DNA of 12,502 nt, from positions 1-12,502 of the IMG/VR virus record IMGVR_UViG_2698536590_000008. One strand, 5' to 3'. How positions within the stretch are numbered: position 1 is the first letter of the stretch; the number at the start of each line of letters is the position of its first letter. This document shows, piece after piece, positions 8,724 to 12,502 of the stretch. The notes beneath the pieces are model-generated. The model did no database searches, had not been told where the DNA came from, and saw nothing but the letters and a program-made list of their open reading frames with translations. Source of the DNA: a virus. Taxonomy: Duplodnaviria > Heunggongvirae > Uroviricota > Caudoviricetes. A program made the translations under genes and the position numbers.

Positions 8724-9020
8724 ATGCCAGCGCCTCTGTATGGTGCGGATGACCCGCGCCGCTGTTCCGGCAATTCCGTATCGGAGGTGCTGGATAAATT
8801 CAGGAAAAACTACGATCGGATAATGTCGCTACCGCAGGAAACGAAAGAGGAAAAGGAATTTCGCCACTGTATATGGCTTGCAGAGAAAGAAGAACGAGAG
8901 CGAATTTACCAGACATCAATCCGACCATTCCGCAAAGCAACATATACCCACTTCCCTGAATATATCGACCCGCGCCTGCGTAATTACCGCTCACGCTATG
9001 GCGCTATCAGTAATGACTGA
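8724..9020 (+). CDS. Hypothetical early protein (98 aa); position and size comparable to P22 Abc2 anti-RecBCD, unconfirmed
   Basis: ORF track 98 aa; ATG at 8724 with AAGGA SD at 6 nt; directly downstream of the erf-ssb pair, where P22 carries its abc genes. I cannot recall Abc sequences well enough to confirm. Confidence 0.5.
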   Translation: MPAPLYGADDPRRCSGNSVSEVLDKFRKNYDRIMSLPQETKEEKEFRHCIWLAEKEERERIYQTSIRPFRKATYTHFPEYIDPRLRNYRSRYGAISND

Positions 9021-9030
9021 GGAATTAACA

Positions 9031-9321
9031 ATGAAAACAATGAAGCTAAACATCGACCTCGGAAAATACGTTATTACCGGAACAAAACACGATCTGATTC
9101 TTAGCGAAAGAGGAATTATCAAAGAAGGCGAGAATGCAGGGAAAGAAACACTAAGCCGTATCGGTTATTACAGCAAGTTTGAGCATCTGGTTAAAGAGTT
9201 ATGCAACCGTGAAATCCTGTTATCTCAGGCGCAGACGCTACAGGATATTCAGCAACATATCGAGACTTTAGGTGTGTCACTTAGCATGGCTATTGACCAG
9301 TTCGTGGAGAGTAAATCATGA
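9031..9321 (+). CDS. Hypothetical protein (96 aa)
   Basis: ATG at 9031 with GAGG SD 8 nt upstream; in frame with track ORF 8878-9321, whose 5' extension overlaps the preceding gene and is unlikely; product [22 protein letters not shown]... Confidence 0.5.
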   Translation: MKTMKLNIDLGKYVITGTKHDLILSERGIIKEGENAGKETLSRIGYYSKFEHLVKELCNREILLSQAQTLQDIQQHIETLGVSLSMAIDQFVESKS

Positions 9322-9485
9322 GAGGGCTTGCATACAATCCCGGCATTCTTCCGGCAGAAATGATTATTCGCCAACGCGTAAAGCCAATGCCATCGAGAGA
9401 GGAATTGCTTAAGAGAAATTCTTTTCCATCAGTGAATCAAAACAAATATCTGAATGCGATGTGGCGCAAAGGAGGCAGCCAGTGA
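9318..9485 (+). CDS. Hypothetical small protein (55 aa)
   Basis: ATG at 9318 overlaps the previous stop (ATGA); product [55 protein letters not shown]; fills an otherwise unexplained 160-bp gap; below the ORF-track cutoff. Confidence 0.4.
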   Translation: MRGLAYNPGILPAEMIIRQRVKPMPSREELLKRNSFPSVNQNKYLNAMWRKGGSQ

Positions 9486-10126
9486 ATAACCGCTTTTACA
9501 TGATGTGCTTGCGTGAAACTGTGGGTAATAACGCTTCATTCCATTGCCATAACGGCAATGGTTACAGTTCTAATATCGATCGCGCTCATGTTTACACGCT
9601 GGAAGAAGCCCAAAAAGCCTGGAATTGTGGTCGAGATATCGATCAGCCTGTTTGCGCTGATAGCGTGGATGCAATGGCTGTGTGGCACGTTGATTGCCAG
9701 TACATCCCTACAGAAAACCTGATTGAGCCAGATTGCACTGCGTATGTGGCCTACAAAAAAGGTAGCTGGAACGGCAACGATGTTTACTGGCTTCAACACG
9801 GTGGATTGCCAACAGATGACTTCAGTAAAGCGACCATCTTTAGCGTCGCCAACAAAAACGAACCAGGAATAGTTTGGTTGCCATTTTCCATTGCTGATTC
9901 AGCAAAGCGCCGGACGTTCAATATCAATAACTTTAACCGCAGAACAATGGTTCAGGGCGCAGGTTTGGTCATGCCTGACTGGTTGAAAAAGCAGAACAGA
10001 AGAAAGAAGTCGCGAAGCGGGAAGGTGCGTTGGAATTGTCCGCATTGCGGAAAAATCACCTGGCAGCACAACCCATATGATTTTGAAGGCTGTAGTGATT
10101 ACAACTGTGAAGGATGGCGAGAATGA
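9482..10126 (+). CDS. Cys/His-rich protein with C-terminal zinc-ribbon motif (about 214 aa), unknown function
   Basis: Track ORF 9461-10126; preferred start GTG 9482 (AAGGAGG SD at 7 nt, overlapping the previous stop), or ATG 9500. C-terminus [44 protein letters not shown] has a basic patch plus CxxC...C....C; N-terminal half has several Cys/His. Confidence 0.55.
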   Translation: MNNRFYMMCLRETVGNNASFHCHNGNGYSSNIDRAHVYTLEEAQKAWNCGRDIDQPVCADSVDAMAVWHVDCQYIPTENLIEPDCTAYVAYKKGSWNGNDVYWLQHGGLPTDDFSKATIFSVANKNEPGIVWLPFSIADSAKRRTFNINNFNRRTMVQGAGLVMPDWLKKQNRRKKSRSGKVRWNCPHCGKITWQHNPYDFEGCSDYNCEGWRE

Positions 10127-10670
10127 CAATTGACTATCAGGCACTGCGTGAAAAAGCAGAAAAGCAACGTGTGGTGTATGGTCGCTCGAATATGGAGAGG
10201 AGAGATTTGATGGTGATGATGCACTAATTCATCGCGAGGCTGCTGGATATATTCCCATTTGCAGAATTGAAGGAGCGCATCCAGAAAGCGGTTTCGATGA
10301 AGATTTCCAAATGGAACAGCAGGCCAATGCTGAATTCATCGCCGCAGCCAATCCAGCTACCGTGCTGGCACTACTAGATGAAAGGGAAAGAAACCAGCAA
10401 TACATCAAACGCCGTGACCAGGAGAACGAGGATATTGCGCTAACGGTAGGGAAGTTGCGCGTTGAGCTTGAGGCAGAAAAACAGCGGGCAAAGGATCTGT
10501 TTATGGAAAATGCTCGGCTTAAGTCAGGTATAGCCGGTCTGATACACCTCGGTATTCGATATGCAGATGTTGAGGTCATGAAAATTGCTGGAGATGCCCA
10601 GCTTTCTACCCCATGCACTGACAGCATCATAAACAGCATTGCAACAGGCATTCGCATCAAAGGAGAGTGA
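10123..10670 (+). pseudogene. Ead/Ea22-like protein gene, apparently disrupted by a 1-nt frameshift
   Basis: ATG at 10123 (overlapping upstream stop) opens a 34-codon ORF ending at 10227; a second frame is open from 10152 to 10670 (track ORF 10311-10670). One added A in the A4 run at 10160-10163 joins them into a roughly 183-aa protein [20 protein letters not shown]...EFIAAANPATVLALLDERERNQ..., which resembles prophage Ead/Ea22-like proteins from memory. Confidence 0.45.
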
Positions 10671-10671
10671 T

Positions 10672-10935
10672 ATGGCAACTTTGACAAAAAAGGAACAGGC
10701 ATGGTTGAGCGAATTACAGAACGTTCTTGATCGCTGCCCGTCACCGAAAAAAATTGGTTTTTACACCATTGGCGATAAAAGCATTTACCTGTATGACCTA
10801 CGCCGCATGGATGAAATCATGGAGGCTCTTGATAATCGTTCGTCAATGGATTGGTGTGTTGCTGTCCATGATATGAATGCCGGATTTGAAGAAAAGATTT
10901 TGTTCCCCTCGTCAGTTGAAAGCACTGCGGGTTAA
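10672..10935 (+). CDS. Hypothetical protein (87 aa)
   Basis: ATG at 10672 with AGGAG SD at 6 nt; in frame with track ORF 10639-10935; product MATLTKKEQAWLSELQNVLDRCPSPKKIGFYTIGDKSIYLYDL... Confidence 0.5.
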   Translation: MATLTKKEQAWLSELQNVLDRCPSPKKIGFYTIGDKSIYLYDLRRMDEIMEALDNRSSMDWCVAVHDMNAGFEEKILFPSSVESTAG

Positions 10936-10945
10936 GGAGTAACAC

Positions 10946-11590
10946 ATGACCACTATTACCAAAGAACGTATTGAATTGTTCATTAAAAATCCGCTTGAAA
11001 ACGGACTTACCCGTGGCGAACAAATGGAACTGGCACGGATTGCACTGGCATCACTGAAACGCGAACAGATTCGCCACGAGCATGCCAAATGGTCTGACTC
11101 CACATTTGGCTGCGTTGGCCCCATTGGTCCACTGAAACACCTCTCAAAAGAGGCACTGGAAGCCGCAGCCGAACCAGACGATCTTAGCGAGTGGGCTGAT
11201 ATGCAGTTTCTGTTGTGGGATGCACAGCGCCGTGCTGGCATCAGCGATGCTGAAATTACCGCTGCTATGGAAGATAAATTGAAGATTAACATGGAGCGCC
11301 AGTGGCCTGAACCAAAAGATGGTGAGCCTCGCTTGCACATTAAAGAACCCGGCAACTCTCCGGTAACTCCGGATGGTTGGATAAGCTGTAGTGAGCGAAT
11401 GCCTGAAATTAGACAAACAGTTATTGGATGGAATGGATATGCAGTTAGACAATGCGTATATACAAGGAATGGATACGCCAAGACACAGAAAGGCAGAGAG
11501 CCAAGGTTTGAAACCTCAACTGGTATATGGCATGGAGTAACCCACTGGATGCCGCTACCAGAACCGCCGCAGGAGGTTAACCGCGGCTAA
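10946..11590 (+). CDS. DUF550/DUF551-type prophage protein (N-terminal dATP/dGTP pyrophosphohydrolase-like domain, C-terminal DUF551), 214 aa
   Basis: ORF track 214 aa; ATG with AGGAG SD at 6 nt; N-terminal region (HEHAKWSDSTFG...) resembles the MazG-like dNTP pyrophosphohydrolase domain common in enterobacterial prophages; C-terminus (PDGWISCSERMPE...GIWHGVTHWMPLPEPP) fits the DUF551 pattern. From recall. Confidence 0.6.
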   Translation: MTTITKERIELFIKNPLENGLTRGEQMELARIALASLKREQIRHEHAKWSDSTFGCVGPIGPLKHLSKEALEAAAEPDDLSEWADMQFLLWDAQRRAGISDAEITAAMEDKLKINMERQWPEPKDGEPRLHIKEPGNSPVTPDGWISCSERMPEIRQTVIGWNGYAVRQCVYTRNGYAKTQKGREPRFETSTGIWHGVTHWMPLPEPPQEVNRG

Positions 11591-11690
11591 CCTGCAACTT
11601 GCCGTCAAAGGTGAATAACAATCCTCGCACTCGCGGGGATTTCTTTTATCTGAACTCGCTACGGCGGGTTTTGTTTTATGGAGATGATAA

Positions 11691-11825
11691 ATGCACTTCC
11701 GAGTCACAGGTGAATGGAATGGAGAACCATTCAACAGGGTTATCGAAGCAGAGGACATCAACGACTGCTATAACCACTGGATGATATGGGCGCAGATAGC
11801 GCATGCAGACGTAACAAATATTTGA
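11691..11825 (+). CDS. Hypothetical small protein (44 aa)
   Basis: ATG at 11691 with GGAG SD at 7 nt; MHFRVTGEWNGEPFNRVIEAEDINDCYNHWMIWAQIAHADVTNI; followed 22 nt later by a strong hairpin terminator. Preferred over the TTG-initiated overlapping track ORF 11599-11784, which has no SD. Confidence 0.4.
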   Translation: MHFRVTGEWNGEPFNRVIEAEDINDCYNHWMIWAQIAHADVTNI

Positions 11826-11847
11826 TTTGAAGAACTGAAAGAACACC

Positions 11848-11872
11848 AAGCCGCCTGATGGCGGTTTTTTAT
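11848..11872 (+). terminator. Rho-independent terminator-like hairpin with U-tract
   Basis: AAGCCGCC (11848-11855), loop TGAT, GGCGGTTT (11860-11867) gives an 8-bp stem including one G-U pair, followed by a T6 run (11865-11870). Confidence 0.55.
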
Positions 11873-11884
11873 TGGAGACAAGAA

Positions 11885-12229
11885 ATGTCAGATTTGGCTA
11901 TGAAGGTTTTGAAATGGCAATCAACTGGCGATGTTGGCATCAGTAGCGCAACTCTTGCCTCAATCGCATGTGTACTGAAAAAGAATATCTATGGTCATCA
12001 CTTCGGCGCTCCCCATGACGCAGCCGATTTCAGACGATGCGTTGCACTTGTTGAGCAGATTCCAGAAATCAGAGATTCATTCAACAAGGTTGCAAAGCGC
12101 GTTCCGGCATTCAAAGGCATCCTCAACGAATGGGATTCTCTCGTTGCTCTGTTGAAGTCTGAAATGAAGATACACGGAAACAAAGCACCAGAGACTTACA
12201 AAAGAATCAGCGAGCTACGCAAGGACTAA
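11885..12229 (+). CDS. Hypothetical protein (114 aa), orphan gene bracketed by two hairpin terminators
   Basis: In frame with track ORF 11858-12229, but ATG 11858 lies inside the terminator loop; preferred start ATG 11885 with GGAGA SD at 6 nt. Product MSDLAMKVLKWQSTGDVGISSATLASIACVLKKNIYGHHFGAPHDAADFRRCVALVEQ...; no family recognised. Confidence 0.5.
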   Translation: MSDLAMKVLKWQSTGDVGISSATLASIACVLKKNIYGHHFGAPHDAADFRRCVALVEQIPEIRDSFNKVAKRVPAFKGILNEWDSLVALLKSEMKIHGNKAPETYKRISELRKD

Positions 12230-12269
12230 CCACAGTCTCACACTCGATGAGGCCTGTTCATATCTGATA

Positions 12270-12296
12270 GAGCCGCTATATGGCGGTTTATTTTTG
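12270..12296 (+). terminator. Terminator-like hairpin with U-rich tail, related in sequence to the 11848 hairpin
   Basis: AGCCGC (12271-12276), loop TATATG, GCGGTT (12283-12288) gives a 6-bp stem including a G-U pair, followed by TATTTTT; lies 40 nt after the stop of the 114-aa gene and 15 nt before the xis SD. Confidence 0.4.
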
Positions 12297-12310
12297 CCTG
12301 GAGAATTAAG

Positions 12311-12502
12311 ATGACCGATACCAGCCTGATTCCTGAGAAAGAAGTGATGAACAAGCTCGGTGTTTCATCACGTCAGACAATCTGGAACTATACCAAACGG
12401 CACGGATTTCCGAAGCCAGTCAGAACCCACCCCAAATCATACCTTCGTGAAGCTGTTGAAGGGTGGATTCTTAACGGTGGCGTTAATCAGAAATGCTCCT
12501 GA
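12311..12502 (+). CDS. xis: Excisionase / AlpA-family DNA-binding protein (63 aa)
   Basis: ORF track 63 aa; ATG with GGAGA SD at 6 nt; EKEVMNKLGVSSRQTIWNYTKRHGFPKPVRTHPKSYLREAVEGWI matches the AlpA/Xis HTH pattern (S..TIW.....G.FPKP.......W...E...WI); position at the distal end of the early-left arm, where xis precedes int. Confidence 0.6.
   Translation: MTDTSLIPEKEVMNKLGVSSRQTIWNYTKRHGFPKPVRTHPKSYLREAVEGWILNGGVNQKCS

Noticed and set aside
7529-9020. Antisense and overlapping ORFs in the erf-ssb region (7529-7711 minus, 7862-8125 minus, 7929-8159 plus, 8341-8580 minus, 8396-8602 plus, 8585-8773 minus, 8800-8994 minus)
   Set aside because: Embedded in erf, ssb or the 98-aa gene, which have recognisable families, RBSs and coupled junctions; no independent support.
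9513-11761. Overlapping ORFs in the ea region (9513-9722 plus, 9536-9799 minus, 9899-10144 minus, 10229-10744 minus, 10817-11023 minus, 10912-11481 minus, 11144-11452 minus, 11555-11761 minus, 11998-12183 minus)
   Set aside because: All are antisense to or nested in the plus-strand gene series, which has consistent SD motifs and ATGA/TAATG coupling; the long minus ORFs (171 and 189 aa) are Ser/Cys/Arg-rich with no start context. Regarded as chance ORFs.
11599-11784. 61-aa TTG-initiated track ORF spanning the gap between the DUF551 gene and the 44-aa ORF
   Set aside because: No SD upstream of the TTG; it overlaps the ATG-initiated 44-aa ORF (11691-11825), which has a good GGAG SD. The latter was preferred, though neither is certain.
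1-12502. Scan for tRNA, rRNA, CRISPR repeats and IS inverted repeats
   Set aside because: No regularly spaced direct repeats, no cloverleaf-like conserved tRNA motifs and no transposase-like ORFs were seen; the attachment-site tRNA would be expected beyond the integrase, outside this window.

Overview
This 12.5-kb window reads as part of a P22-like (Sf6/HK620-type) temperate podovirus prophage with an unusual architecture. On the minus strand (1-7022) lies a tightly packed, translationally coupled block of virion genes in canonical P22 order: tail hub gp10-like, tail needle gp26-like, gp14-like, ejection proteins gp7-like and gp20-like, and a long gp16-position protein that runs off the left edge. 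On the plus strand (7187-12502) lies the early-left (PL-type) arm in canonical order: cIII, kil, a small arf-position ORF, erf recombinase, an SSB-like protein, a run of small ea-region accessory genes (a Cys/His-rich Zn-ribbon protein, a frameshifted Ead/Ea22-like gene, a DUF550/DUF551-type protein), two related hairpin terminators bracketing an orphan gene, and an AlpA/Xis-type excisionase at the right edge (integrase expected just beyond). The two blocks are divergent and only 164 bp apart, with a start-less coding fragment between them. In a complete P22-like genome some 20 kb or more (N, immunity, replication, nin, lysis, terminase, portal, scaffold, coat, gp4) would separate them, so this looks like a deleted, defective prophage or a rearranged element. 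No rRNA, tRNA, CRISPR array or IS element was recognised. All homology statements come from recall of protein families and reading the translations, not from any search. I do not see a clear-cut novel multi-gene system; the most checkable oddities are the module junction, the frameshifted gene, the terminator-bracketed orphan gene and the uncharacterised ea-region proteins.
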